Part shown: positions 20,083 through 29,979 of the stretch, one piece after another
Numbering within the stretch: the stretch's first letter is position 1
How the letters are laid out: the number at the start of each line of letters is the position of its first letter
Assembly: GCA_965116875.1 (NCBI GenBank)
Contig: OZ220733.1
Location: forward strand, 4,800,001 to 4,864,000
Direction: 5' to 3'
Length of the DNA stretch: 64,000 nt
From: Candidatus Latescibacterota bacterium
GTDB lineage: Bacteria; Latescibacterota; UBA2968; GCA-2709665
Program-made: the position numbers and the translations under genes
The notes under the pieces: generated by a model
Databases searched by the model: none
What the model saw: only the letters and a program-made list of their open reading frames with translations
Told to the model about the DNA's origin: nothing

Positions 20083-22317
20083 CTATCCCCCCCATCCCAG
20101 AGCCATCGTGCCCTGATAGGTCACGAGTGCGGCGACGTAGGCCAATAGCGTCATATAAACAAACGTGAAAATCGTCCATCTCCAGGACTGTGTCTCTCGT
20201 CGAATGACGGCCAGCGTGGATGCGCATTGCGCACACAGCGCGAAAAAGACCATTACCGAGAGCGCGACGGGTATATTGAAAACGGAGCGTCCATCATCCC
20301 ATGTCGCGCTGCGAAGTGCGCTGCGCAGGTCTTCCGACGAATCGTCCGTATCGCCGCCGAGGCTGTATATTGTGCCAAGAGTCGCGATGATCACCTCGCG
20401 TGCGGGAAAGGACGCGAGCGTGGCCATTCCGATACGCCAGTCCCAGCCCAGCGGCATGACCGCGGGTTCTATCCAGTGCCCCGCCCGGCCAAGATAACTC
20501 TCATTGAGAAGTTCGGCCGCCATCCGCGCGTCAATGTCCTCCAGCGTCTCCTGCAATTCCACGCCCGACTGCGATGCCACGGCCGTTCGACGACGGCTTT
20601 CGTATTCCGCAAGGGTCTCTTCCGATCTGGGAAAGTAAGCAAGCGCCCACATCGCGATCGTTGCGGCCAGGATGATACTTCCCGCACGCGCCAGAAACGC
20701 CCTGGAACTCTGATAGACCCTCAGCCCGACCGTCCGTTTGTCCGGGACCTTATACGATGGGAGTTCCAGAATGAAAGGGGTTGTTTCCCCCTTCAACAGG
20801 GTCTTCCTCAATGCCCAGGCGAAGGGAACCGCGGTAGCCACACCCACGCAGTACATCGCAAAAAGGGTCAGCCCCTGCAGACCGATCCACTCCCCCAGAA
20901 TGGGTCCTTCCGGGATAAATGCGCCTATCAGGATGGTGTAGACCGGCAATCTGGCAGAACAGCTCATCAACGGCGCCACCAGAATCGTGACCAGTCGATT
21001 CCGCCGCCCTTCAATGGTCCGTGTCGCCATGATTCCCGGCACTGCGCACGCGAAGCTGGACAACATCGGGATGAACGACTGCCCGGAAAGACCGCACTTT
21101 GTGAGAAGCCTGTCCATCAGCAGCGCCGCACGTGCCATATACCCGCAGTCTTCCAGAACAGCGATGAAGAAAAAGAGAATAGCGATCTGAGGCAGGAAAA
21201 TGACAACACCGCCCACGCCCGCTATCACACCGTCCTGAACCAGGCTCTTCAGCGCCCCGTCCGGAAACCAGCCGCCCACCCATCCGGACAGCGCGGCGAA
21301 TAAGCCATCAACCCAATCCATCAGCGGACCGGCCCAGGCGTAGATGGCCTGGAACACCACCCCCATGATTGCGACAAACAGAAGCGTACCCCAGATCCGG
21401 TGCGTAAGTACCCCATCGATGCGGTCCGAATGCGTTTTCTGAAGGTCTTCCGGCTGCGATACGCTTTGCGCAAGCACCCGCCTGATCCAGCTGTACCGAA
21501 CCTCCGATTCAAGAGCGGACAATCCTGATGCCGCGGAAAACCTGCCCCGGGCTTCCTCGAGTTGCCCCCGGAGGTCGTCACCGCGAATCTCGATCAGCCG
21601 GCGTTCTGCGTAGCCTCCTTCGTCGACGATCGCCCTCAACGCCTCCGCGCGACGCAGGAGCGCGTTTCCCGGGTTTTGCGGCTCCAACAGCGGCACGACC
21701 GCATCGACCGCTTCGGGAAATCCCTCGGGAAATCCGGACAGCAGCGACAACCCCGTATGCTGCTCCCCGCGCAACAGCCGTCGCAATTCTCCACGCAGGT
21801 CTCCCAGACCCTCTCGACGATTCGCACACACCCTGACCACCGGAACCCCCAGGCACCTGGAGAGCCGGTCGACGTCTATGCGTATGCCCCGCGCATCCGC
21901 CACGTCGGACATATTCAGCGCAACGACTGCGGGCAGCCCGAGTTCGAGTACCTGCGAGACCAGGTAAAGGTTTCTGTAGAGATTCGAGGCGTCGACAATC
22001 GCAAGAACCGCGTCAATCCTGCGTTCGCGCGGCATGCGCCCCAGCAGTACGTCCGCCACAATCATCTCGTCCGGGGCATGAGCGGCGAGGCTGTAGGTTC
22101 CCGGCAGGTCGACGAGATCCACAATCCTGTCATCTGTCAGCCTCAGCCGACCGACCTTGCGTTCAACGGTTACGCCGGGGTAGTTTCCGACATGTTGAAA
22201 AAGACCGGTAAGACCGTTAAAAAGCGTGGTCTTACCGGTATTTGGATTGCCCACCAGTGCGATTGTAAAGCGCTGATCTACGCCGGTGCGGGGTTCATCG
22301 GACAACTCCGTGGCCAT
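20083..22317 (-). CDS. feoB: Ferrous iron transporter FeoB (full length)
   Basis: GNPNTGKT, DLPG and NMSD motifs; LEDCGYMAR, SFACAVP, CSARLPVY and ELPSY motifs. Confidence 0.96.
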   Translation of the reverse strand: MATELSDEPRTGVDQRFTIALVGNPNTGKTTLFNGLTGLFQHVGNYPGVTVERKVGRLRLTDDRIVDLVDLPGTYSLAAHAPDEMIVADVLLGRMPRERRIDAVLAIVDASNLYRNLYLVSQVLELGLPAVVALNMSDVADARGIRIDVDRLSRCLGVPVVRVCANRREGLGDLRGELRRLLRGEQHTGLSLLSGFPEGFPEAVDAVVPLLEPQNPGNALLRRAEALRAIVDEGGYAERRLIEIRGDDLRGQLEEARGRFSAASGLSALESEVRYSWIRRVLAQSVSQPEDLQKTHSDRIDGVLTHRIWGTLLFVAIMGVVFQAIYAWAGPLMDWVDGLFAALSGWVGGWFPDGALKSLVQDGVIAGVGGVVIFLPQIAILFFFIAVLEDCGYMARAALLMDRLLTKCGLSGQSFIPMLSSFACAVPGIMATRTIEGRRNRLVTILVAPLMSCSARLPVYTILIGAFIPEGPILGEWIGLQGLTLFAMYCVGVATAVPFAWALRKTLLKGETTPFILELPSYKVPDKRTVGLRVYQSSRAFLARAGSIILAATIAMWALAYFPRSEETLAEYESRRRTAVASQSGVELQETLEDIDARMAAELLNESYLGRAGHWIEPAVMPLGWDWRIGMATLASFPAREVIIATLGTIYSLGGDTDDSSEDLRSALRSATWDDGRSVFNIPVALSVMVFFALCAQCASTLAVIRRETQSWRWTIFTFVYMTLLAYVAALVTYQGTMALGWGG

Positions 22318-22327
22318 GGGTTCAACC

Positions 22328-22558
22328 TCAGCTGATCGGACTTAGCCTTACGGAAACCGCATCGTGCATCCGCAAACAGAACCGGGCGTCTTCCACCTGC
22401 ACGACCAGCCTGCCACCGGCGCGAAGCATCCGAACCCTGACCCCCGGACCCACGCCCAACTCCCGCAACCGTGAGGCCAGAGGCGTGTTCCCCTCCACCG
22501 ATTCCACCGTGCCTTCGTCGCCCACGTCGAGTCCGGCCAGCGAACCCCGGAACATCAT
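22328..22558 (-). CDS. feoA: Ferrous iron transport protein A
   Basis: RLRELGVGPG FeoA signature; directly upstream of feoB. Confidence 0.85.
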   Translation of the reverse strand: MMFRGSLAGLDVGDEGTVESVEGNTPLASRLRELGVGPGVRVRMLRAGGRLVVQVEDARFCLRMHDAVSVRLSPIS

Positions 22559-22666
22559 CCGTGACCGGTTCTTCCGACCGGTTGAAATCCGGACGCCGCG
22601 TGCGGCCAGTTGCATCAGACGCGCTACCATTTTACCATCCCTTTCTGTTGTTTCGCCGGAACAACC

Positions 22667-23191
22667 CTACGCACCGATTCGGAGGAGGCACTCGTCTTCG
22701 CAGATCGGGCAATCGGCCTCGTCGTGGCAGAAGTCGCCGGTCTGCCAGAACGCGTTCAGAAACTCCCGCGCCTCTGGCGTATCGGCCAGCAGGAACCTTA
22801 CGAAATTCAGCAGTTTTTCGCTGGTTTCCTCGCTCAACAGGTGCTCTACCTTGCACGCGTCCACTTCCGACTGATGCCCTTCCACGTGCAGTACGTCCTT
22901 GAGAAACTTGCGAACGATGGCGCGCTTTGCCAGCACCAGGTCTACCAGACGTTCGCCACGTTCGGAAAGCCGCAGGAACTTGTTCTGATCCTCAAGAACG
23001 AACTGCTTCTGTCGGAGTGCCTTCAAAGTCAGCGACGCGCTGCCTCGCGTAATGTCCAGATGCCGTGCGACATCCGACACACGTGCGTATCCGAACTGGT
23101 CCTTGAGCTCTCGAATGGCGACAAGGTGATGAGCGACGCTGTGCGTGATTTCATTCTCCTCGAATGCTTTCCACACGTCGGATGATGCCAC
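22667..23191 (-). CDS. DtxR/MntR-family regulator with Cys-rich C-terminal tail
   Basis: HTH ARVSDVARHLDITRGSAS, DACKVEHLLS; ends CHDEADCPICEDEC. Confidence 0.88.
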   Translation of the reverse strand: MASSDVWKAFEENEITHSVAHHLVAIRELKDQFGYARVSDVARHLDITRGSASLTLKALRQKQFVLEDQNKFLRLSERGERLVDLVLAKRAIVRKFLKDVLHVEGHQSEVDACKVEHLLSEETSEKLLNFVRFLLADTPEAREFLNAFWQTGDFCHDEADCPICEDECLLRIGA

Positions 23192-23210
23192 CGCGCCCCC
23201 TTTCCGCCTT

Positions 23211-23375
23211 CAGAAGCTGTCTTAAAATTCCCAGCGGTCTTCGCGCGGCTGCAAAAGCGCCGGTCGGCGTTGGTCAAATCCACCCGTATAGACAAATATG
23301 GTCGGATTCTCCCGCCTTGACCACCGCTCCTTCGCTCGTGCCCGGGAACTCACAGGTAATTTTAAAACAACTTCT
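23211..23375. mobile_element. MITE-like element, family 1, copy 2
   Basis: AGAAGCTGTCTTAAAATT ... AATTTTAAAACAACTTCT TIR; first ~65 bp nearly identical to the copy at 6210. Confidence 0.75.
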
Positions 23376-23406
23376 CAGGCTTCTTAACCAGTCAAATGTT
23401 TTACCA

Positions 23407-23434
23407 ATAATACATACGTTATAAACTTAGTCAA
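23407..23434 (-). promoter_or_regulatory. Sigma70-type promoter of the dtxR-feoA-feoB operon
   Basis: Minus strand TTGACT-N16-TATTAT in an AT-rich patch. Confidence 0.55.
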
Positions 23435-23577
23435 CAAACGGGCGCAAAGTCAAGCGAAATCTGTCGATGATCGGACGTCCACCGTGTCGCACTTGACTTT
23501 TGACGCCCGATTTCGTATACCTCCCGGAACTCCGCCGTGTTCAAAAGGATCCGTGCACCGCTGCAAGGAGTCGGTCG

Positions 23578-26280
23578 ATGACGGAAACGTTCGACTTTGA
23601 GGACGTCGCCAGACTGCCGCAATCAGGTGACAACGTCGCCATCGCGACGCGGAATCTCCCGGCGGGCATCCGTATCCGCTCACACGGATCCGTTCTCCGG
23701 CTGGCTGAGACGATGCTGGAGGGCCACCGGTTCGCCGTGGCGCCCATCCCCGCGGGTGACCCCCTTTTTTCCTGGAATCTCCCGTTTGGCGTCGCATTGA
23801 GGGACATTTCCCCGGGCGACTACGTCTGCAACGCCGGGATGCTGGAAGCGCTCAGCCTCCGCAGCCTGGATTTTCGACTGCCGGCGGAACCCAATTTTAG
23901 AGACCACATCCAACCCTTCCGTCTGAATGAAGATTCGTTCCGCCCCGGCGATCAGATCCCTCCGGCCGAGGGAATCCGTACGTTCGAAGGATACGCCCGG
24001 TGCGCCGCAAGGGGGGTTGGCACCCGAAACTATGTCGTGATCCTGGGCACGACTTCGCGTACGGGAAGCTTCGTAAAGCAATTGGAACGACGATTGGACG
24101 GGGTTTCCGACGCCTATTCGAACATCGACGGGATCGTCGCCGTTGCGCACACTGAAGGTGGCGGGCGGACCGCGCCGAACAACCTGGACCTTCTTCTGAG
24201 AACGCTCTCGGGTTTTATGGTACATCCGAACGTGGGCGCCGCCCTTACGGTCGACTACGGCACGGAGCCGCTGACCAATGCCATGCTGGGCACATATATG
24301 GCGGACAAAAACGCTCCGATTTCCGACGTCCCGCACCGCTTCCTTACCCTGCGCGGAGGATTCGAAGATAATCTCGACAGGGCCCGGGACGTCGTCGTGG
24401 GATGGCTGCCGGAAGTGAACCGGACAACCCGAAGACCGGCTTCCGCGTCCGCTCTCAAGATCGCACTTCAGTGCGGAGGATCGGACGCCTTTTCCGGTGT
24501 TTCGGGTAACCCGCTGGCGTCCTGGGTCGCGAGAGAGATCATCCGGCATGGCGGCTCGGCAAACCTGGCGGAAACGGACGAACTCATCGGTGCGGAGTCC
24601 TATGTACTGCAGAACGTCAAGGACGTGCGCACGGCCCGCCACTTCCTGGAACGCGTCGAAGCATACAAGGACCTTGCCGCGCGCCACGGTACGACCGCCG
24701 AAGGCAATCCCTCCGGCGGCAACAAGTTCAGAGGCATATACAACATCGTGCTCAAATCCATCGGCGCAGCCATGAAGCGACACCCGCAGGTTCGCCTCGA
24801 CGGGGTCCTCGACTACGCCGACGCCATGCGTGATCCCGGGTTCTACTTCATGGACAGCCCCGGGAACGATCTTGAGAGCATTGCCGGACAGGTTGCTTCG
24901 GGATGTAACCTGATCTTCTTCATCACAGGGAACGGCTCCATCACGAATTTTCCCTTCGTTCCCACCCTGAAGGTGATTACGACGACGAGCCGATACGAAC
25001 TCCTCGAAAACGAAATGGACGTCAATGCAGGCGCCTATCTCGACGGCACTCCGCTGGACACGCTGGGGATGCGGATGACGGATCTCACGCTCGACGTCGC
25101 TTCGGGAGCAAAGAGCAAAGGCGAACGCGCGGGACACTCCCAGGTATCGATATGGCGGAACTGGCAACAGACCGACTCCGGCAATATCGAACACCTCCGG
25201 GCGCTCCCCCAGCCCCCCGGGAAACCCGTACCCACCCGGCCGGAGCGCATCGCGCTTTCCGGCACATTCCGGGGCATCGTCACCGCGACCGGCATTGCAA
25301 CGGACCAGGTCGGTCTGATCCTGCCGACCAGCCTTTGCGCGGGCCAGATCGCAAGGATGGCCGCAGAACGCCTCGAGCGGAACGAGGTCGGAAAAGGCCG
25401 GGGTATCTCACGGTACGTCGCACTCGTTCACACCGAGGGCTGCGGCGTGGCGGGCGATGCGACCGAGAAGATGTATTCCCGAACCATGCTCGGCTACCTC
25501 ACCCACCCCCTGGTAAGGCACGCGCTGCTGCTGGAACACGGATGTGAAAAAACACACAACGACTATCTCCGGCACGAACTTGAGCGCGATGGCATCGACC
25601 CCGCCCGCTTCGGGTGGTCGAGCATCCAGCTCGACGGAGGACTCGAATGTACGTTTCGCAACGTGGAATCCTGGTTCGCAGATCGGGTGGAAAGAGATCG
25701 TCCGCCGGAACACAGAGACACCGGTCCGGCGGCGCTGTCTGTGGGCATCCTGACCGAGGGCAGGGTCAGCGACGCGGCATCGGCGTCGTTCGCGATCCTT
25801 GTCCGTCGGCTGGCGGACGCGGGCGCAAGAGTCGTGGTCCCGGACAACTCGGCAATGCTCTCCTCAGCTCCGTTTTCCGATTCCGTGCTTGCGAACGCAT
25901 CGCCGGGGCCCTCCCTCGGGTATGGGCAGACCGCGGAGCGCCCGGGTTTCTACGTTATGGAAACGCAGACGGACCACTGGGTCGAGACGCTTACCGGCCT
26001 TGGCGGCACGGGCGCGCAAATCCTGATCGCGCACGTGGCCGAACATCCAATGCAGGGGCATCCGATGTTGCCCGTGCTTCAGGTCAGCACGGAGCCATCG
26101 GTGCGTGAGGTCTACGCGAGCGACCTGGACCTTGTGCTATCCGACGCGCCTGAAGAAAACGCCCGGCGGACCGCCGGGATGCTCCTGAAAACCGCGTCTC
26201 GAGACTATACAACCGTCTCGATGAGACAGAAAAACACGGATTTTCAGTTCACTCGAGGACTGCTGGGCGTTTCGATGTAA
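23578..26280 (+). CDS. UxaA/GarD-family sugar-acid dehydratase with SAF domain and duplicated C-terminal part
   Basis: DNVAIA SAF motif, GTRNYV, QCGGSDAFSG..NP, NPSGGN, MDSPGND; second copy with HTEGCG and HGCEK; AAGGAG RBS. Confidence 0.88.
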   Translation: MTETFDFEDVARLPQSGDNVAIATRNLPAGIRIRSHGSVLRLAETMLEGHRFAVAPIPAGDPLFSWNLPFGVALRDISPGDYVCNAGMLEALSLRSLDFRLPAEPNFRDHIQPFRLNEDSFRPGDQIPPAEGIRTFEGYARCAARGVGTRNYVVILGTTSRTGSFVKQLERRLDGVSDAYSNIDGIVAVAHTEGGGRTAPNNLDLLLRTLSGFMVHPNVGAALTVDYGTEPLTNAMLGTYMADKNAPISDVPHRFLTLRGGFEDNLDRARDVVVGWLPEVNRTTRRPASASALKIALQCGGSDAFSGVSGNPLASWVAREIIRHGGSANLAETDELIGAESYVLQNVKDVRTARHFLERVEAYKDLAARHGTTAEGNPSGGNKFRGIYNIVLKSIGAAMKRHPQVRLDGVLDYADAMRDPGFYFMDSPGNDLESIAGQVASGCNLIFFITGNGSITNFPFVPTLKVITTTSRYELLENEMDVNAGAYLDGTPLDTLGMRMTDLTLDVASGAKSKGERAGHSQVSIWRNWQQTDSGNIEHLRALPQPPGKPVPTRPERIALSGTFRGIVTATGIATDQVGLILPTSLCAGQIARMAAERLERNEVGKGRGISRYVALVHTEGCGVAGDATEKMYSRTMLGYLTHPLVRHALLLEHGCEKTHNDYLRHELERDGIDPARFGWSSIQLDGGLECTFRNVESWFADRVERDRPPEHRDTGPAALSVGILTEGRVSDAASASFAILVRRLADAGARVVVPDNSAMLSSAPFSDSVLANASPGPSLGYGQTAERPGFYVMETQTDHWVETLTGLGGTGAQILIAHVAEHPMQGHPMLPVLQVSTEPSVREVYASDLDLVLSDAPEENARRTAGMLLKTASRDYTTVSMRQKNTDFQFTRGLLGVSM

Positions 26281-26297
26281 GGACGCAGACGGAACCT

Positions 26298-26582
26298 CTA
26301 TTTCTCAATCCAGTCCTGGAGCGCCGATGCGATTTTCCGTCCCTGGTCCAGGCTCGAAATGTTGAACTTGCTCCGAGGTATATAGGTTCCGTCCCTCTTC
26401 TGGAACCGGCGGATCGTCACTTTTTCCGGCCCGTATTCACCCGACTGCCGGTTCAGGTCCTGGTAGAGGAACATGACGGTCGCCCATGCCCCCTTCGAAA
26501 GCACGTACTTGTCCAGTTGCCTGCAAAGCAGAACGCCGCCTTCCTCGTAATTGACGCTCAATTCGTCCACGGATTCGGCCAT
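26298..26582 (-). CDS. Small hypothetical protein
   Basis: AGGAGG RBS; globular 94-aa sequence fitting between flanking genes. Confidence 0.7.
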   Translation of the reverse strand: MAESVDELSVNYEEGGVLLCRQLDKYVLSKGAWATVMFLYQDLNRQSGEYGPEKVTIRRFQKRDGTYIPRSKFNISSLDQGRKIASALQDWIEK

Positions 26583-26647
26583 CGATCCGCCTCCTTTCGG
26601 CCCGCCAGCGAATTGCTGGCGGTTTTTCCATTCAGTGGATATTGCAA

Positions 26648-27511
26648 ATGAGACTCGGCATTGTCGGCATGTTGCCAGGCGACCCGCGCAGCTTCACGGA
26701 CGATCACTTCGAATCAATCCGAAAACTTGGATTCACGGGCGCGGGATTTCATCTGCCCGGCGAGTTGTTAAACGAAATCTCAGACGAAGACGCGGCCGGA
26801 TGCAGACAGCTGTTCGCGGACCAGGAGGTCGATCTCGCGCAATTTGCCATCACCTATGGCGACTGCCTCTTCGATCCGGACCCGGAGGTTCGTTCCGGAG
26901 TCGCGTCGAAGGTGGTGAGGGGCGCCGCGCTCGCCGCTCGCCTCGGCGCCAACTGCTACCTGATCCGGCCGGGCAGCCGCAACCCCGCCGGCCCGTGGAC
27001 GCCGCATCGCGAAAACCACACACCGGAAGCCCACGCGTTGCTGAACCGCACGTTGCAGGAGATCGCAAACCGCACCGCGGCGCTGAACGTAACTACGGTC
27101 GTGGAAACTCACGTCGTCTCAATACTCAATACGCCCGCGGTGTGCCGTCAGCTCATCGAGTCGGTCAACAGCGCGAACATACGGCTGGTGATGGACTACG
27201 TCAATCACTTCGAATCCATCGACCAGGTCTACTCGGATACCGAACGCCTGAACCACATTTTCGAGACCATCGGCCCGTTCGCGCCCGTCTGCCACGTCAA
27301 GGACGTCGCGGTCGGCAACCGTCTGGTCGTGCATCTCGATGAAGCCGTCCCCGGCCAGGGCGAATTGAATCTTGCCCTTGCCCTGGGGCTTTTTCATGCA
27401 CATCATCCGGACGGATATGCGCTGATCGAACACCTTGGACCGGATCTGATTCCGCTGGCTGCCGCCAACGTCCGAACGATCTCGAAACGTGCGGGAATTC
27501 CCGTCTGCTGA
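26648..27511 (+). CDS. Sugar-phosphate isomerase/epimerase (xylose-isomerase-like TIM barrel)
   Basis: VETH, MDYVN, HVKD, PGQG and IEH metal-ligand pattern. Confidence 0.85.
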   Translation: MRLGIVGMLPGDPRSFTDDHFESIRKLGFTGAGFHLPGELLNEISDEDAAGCRQLFADQEVDLAQFAITYGDCLFDPDPEVRSGVASKVVRGAALAARLGANCYLIRPGSRNPAGPWTPHRENHTPEAHALLNRTLQEIANRTAALNVTTVVETHVVSILNTPAVCRQLIESVNSANIRLVMDYVNHFESIDQVYSDTERLNHIFETIGPFAPVCHVKDVAVGNRLVVHLDEAVPGQGELNLALALGLFHAHHPDGYALIEHLGPDLIPLAAANVRTISKRAGIPVC

Positions 27512-27545
27512 TATAGGCGTCACACCGCACCCGCGACCGGCGGCG

Positions 27546-27758
27546 TCAACCGTTCCGCCTGTTCTTCACGCGCCGGATCCAGGCGCCCACGGCAAGCCCC
27601 AGGCTGGCGCCGATCGTTACCCCGGCGCTCACCCACAGACCGAAGTCGCCGCTTCCCACGCCGAAGACGGAACCCGCGCCGGCGCCGACGCCCGAACCCA
27701 CCGCCATCCATTTTCCTGTTTCACGTTGCCCTTTTCCGACTTCCCGACTTTCGGACAT
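27546..27758 (-). CDS. Small glycine-zipper membrane protein
   Basis: GAGG RBS; GxxxG-rich pair of hydrophobic helices; basic tail. Confidence 0.6.
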   Translation of the reverse strand: MSESREVGKGQRETGKWMAVGSGVGAGAGSVFGVGSGDFGLWVSAGVTIGASLGLAVGAWIRRVKNRRNG

Positions 27759-27974
27759 GGCGAATCCTCTCGCGCGACCCCATCGCCTTCAGACACACGA
27801 AATATACCGGGCGGTACCGACCGGAACAAGGTGAAACCGACACCGGCAGCGAATCGACAATTCCCTTGACAATGCCGTTGATCGGGTTGTAGATATGGAC
27901 CGGACGTTACAATTGAAGCATCTGCCTTCGACGAATCGAACAGTGCACGGAAGCGTGCCCGAAAGGAGCTGAAC

Positions 27975-28835
27975 ATGCAGCCCGAGCTGATCGCGGATTA
28001 TTCCTGTGAGACCGGCGAAGGACCGCTCTGGCACCCGACGGAAAAGAAGGTCTACTGGACCGATATTCCTGCCGGCCGCGTGTTCCGCTACGACCCGGCC
28101 ACCGGAATGCACGAAACCTGCTACACGGGCGGCGTCGTTGGCGGCTTTACGGTGCAGGCCGACGGATCTCTGCTGTTTTTCATGGAACGCGGCGCGGTCA
28201 AGATCTGGCGCAACGGTGAACTCACGACGGTGATCGAGGAAATCCCGGAGGAGCGCGAGACTCGCTTCAATGACGTGATTGCGGATCCCGAGGGCCGGGT
28301 ATTCTGCGGTACCATGCCCACGCCGGAGCGGCCGGGAAGGCTGTACCGACTGGATACGGACGGCACACTTCACCTGGTCATCGATGAGGTTGGGATTTCC
28401 AACGGTATGGGGTTCACGGCGGACCTTCGAAATATGTACTTCACGGACTCGCCCACGCTCAATATCTACCGGTTCGACTACGATCGGGAAACCGGCGACA
28501 TCGCGAACCGCGTGGTCTTTACGACGCGGGCGGAGGAGGACGAAGGGATACCGGACGGCATGACGGTGGACGCCCACGGCTGCGTCTGGTCCGCCCGATG
28601 GGACGGCTGCTGCCTCGTGCGATACACGCCCGACGGCGTGGAAGATCGGCGCATCGCATTCCCCGTCAGGAAAGTGTCCAGCCTCACCTTCGGCGGGGAG
28701 GACTACACGGACATCTACGTCACAACCGCGGGCGGAAACATCAAGCACGAAGACGGCGAACACGCCGGCGCCCTGTTCCGCCTGAACCTGGGCATCCGCG
28801 GCGTGGAGGAATTCTATTCGAGAGTCGGGTTGTAA
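27975..28835 (+). CDS. SMP-30/gluconolactonase/LRE family protein
   Basis: GEGPLW, RFND, SNGMGF, PDGMTVD and TFGG motifs; AGGAG RBS. Confidence 0.93.
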   Translation: MQPELIADYSCETGEGPLWHPTEKKVYWTDIPAGRVFRYDPATGMHETCYTGGVVGGFTVQADGSLLFFMERGAVKIWRNGELTTVIEEIPEERETRFNDVIADPEGRVFCGTMPTPERPGRLYRLDTDGTLHLVIDEVGISNGMGFTADLRNMYFTDSPTLNIYRFDYDRETGDIANRVVFTTRAEEDEGIPDGMTVDAHGCVWSARWDGCCLVRYTPDGVEDRRIAFPVRKVSSLTFGGEDYTDIYVTTAGGNIKHEDGEHAGALFRLNLGIRGVEEFYSRVGL

Positions 28836-28909
28836 CATAACACCGGTGAGTAGACGGGAGACGCACGACGGGAGAGGAAAAACCAAAGACCGCCAGATTT
28901 TTGGAATGC

Positions 28910-28941
28910 AGGGGCGACGGATGCGTCGCCCCTTTCGTTTT
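28910..28941 (+). terminator. REP-like hairpin acting as a probable terminator
   Basis: AGGGGCGAC-ggatgc-GTCGCCCCT followed by TTCGTTTT. Confidence 0.6.
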
Positions 28942-29225
28942 CCATTCCTGATCCGCACAGTTCTGATTTCCTGATGGCTGCGCAAGAATCCCGGTCAAGC
29001 CCTAAACAAACACGGTCCCCCTGTCGTATATTATCGTAGATGCAGGGAAAGCATTTTTTTCGTCGACCTACCCTTGATTGGTTCTCATTTACGGTCACTG
29101 CTGTCCAAGAACCGTGGGATTCTCATAGATATGGTTCGAGAAGTGGCTTCAATTCGCAATCTAGAACGGGTCTGATCCGGATAACGGAAGCCAGGTTTCC
29201 ATCGGTTGGTGTTTGGTGTAACGCA

Positions 29226-29679
29226 TGTCATTCTGAGCGGCGTCGAAGCATTTTTCGCCGCTTCCGTCCCGCGTTGCAGGCGGACGTGCTGCTTCTCAGG
29301 TATCGACAAGTGAAAATCGCACGGGATGATCCGATGCTGCAGTAGATCCTTCGTCGGCCTGGGGGCCTCCTCTGGATGACAGCGGGAAGCCACGTGCATG
29401 ACAATCGTAAAACATGTCATTCTGAGCGCGCTGGCCTCCTCAGGATGACATGTTCTGCGAAGGTGTGGGTTCAGCGTTTTGCCAATAGTTATCGCAAGAC
29501 ATGTCAATCAGAGCGCAGCGAAGAATCTCCCGTATTCTCGAATGTACGTGTCGCATTTGGTCTCTATAGATGAGCTTGTGCGCGGACACTTCAACTGCCT
29601 GATGGCCCCTTCGACCCTACGACAAGCTCAGGACAACGGCTCAGGGACCGCAGGCTCGGGGCAAGTCCTCAGAATGACA
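29226..29679. repeat. Cluster of three TGTCATTCTGAG...CTCAGGATGACA inverted-repeat (REP-like) units
   Basis: Pairs at 29226-29381, 29411-29454 and 29502-29679; the third nests CCTTCGAC..GCTCAGG motifs. Confidence 0.75.
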
Positions 29680-29819
29680 GTCTTCTCGAAGGTAGGACCG
29701 CCTAGTTTCACCAATGGTTGTGGACGATTTTTTCAGCCATTCATTTCGCGTATTTTCGCGATTCTCGTATTCAATACAAATCCGTTTTTGGACAGGTGTG
29801 ATTTACGGTATATAACGAA

Positions 29820-29856
29820 GAAGCCTGATATGCAACAATATACAAGGCTTTATTCA
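29820..29856. repeat. Rpn-flanking repeat, copy D (degenerate, terminal hairpin only)
   Basis: AAGCCTGATATGCAACAATATACAAGGCTTTATTCA resembles the hairpin in copies A-C. Confidence 0.65.
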
Positions 29857-29979
29857 TGCAATTATAAAAGGTGTTTCGGTACACCTATTCAAGGCGAAAT
29901 CAAAACGGGACAACGCGCTTGTAGCGTGCATCGTCCCGCTTTATATCTTTCGATGCGGAGGATTTTCAGGGAATAGAAT

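Noticed and set aside
23398-23430. Possible dif/Xer site
   Set aside because: Only a weak match to XerC/XerD arms; better explained as a sigma70 promoter.
29226-29679. Possible CRISPR array
   Set aside because: Units are inverted pairs with irregular spacing and sequence; no constant repeat-spacer period and no cas genes.
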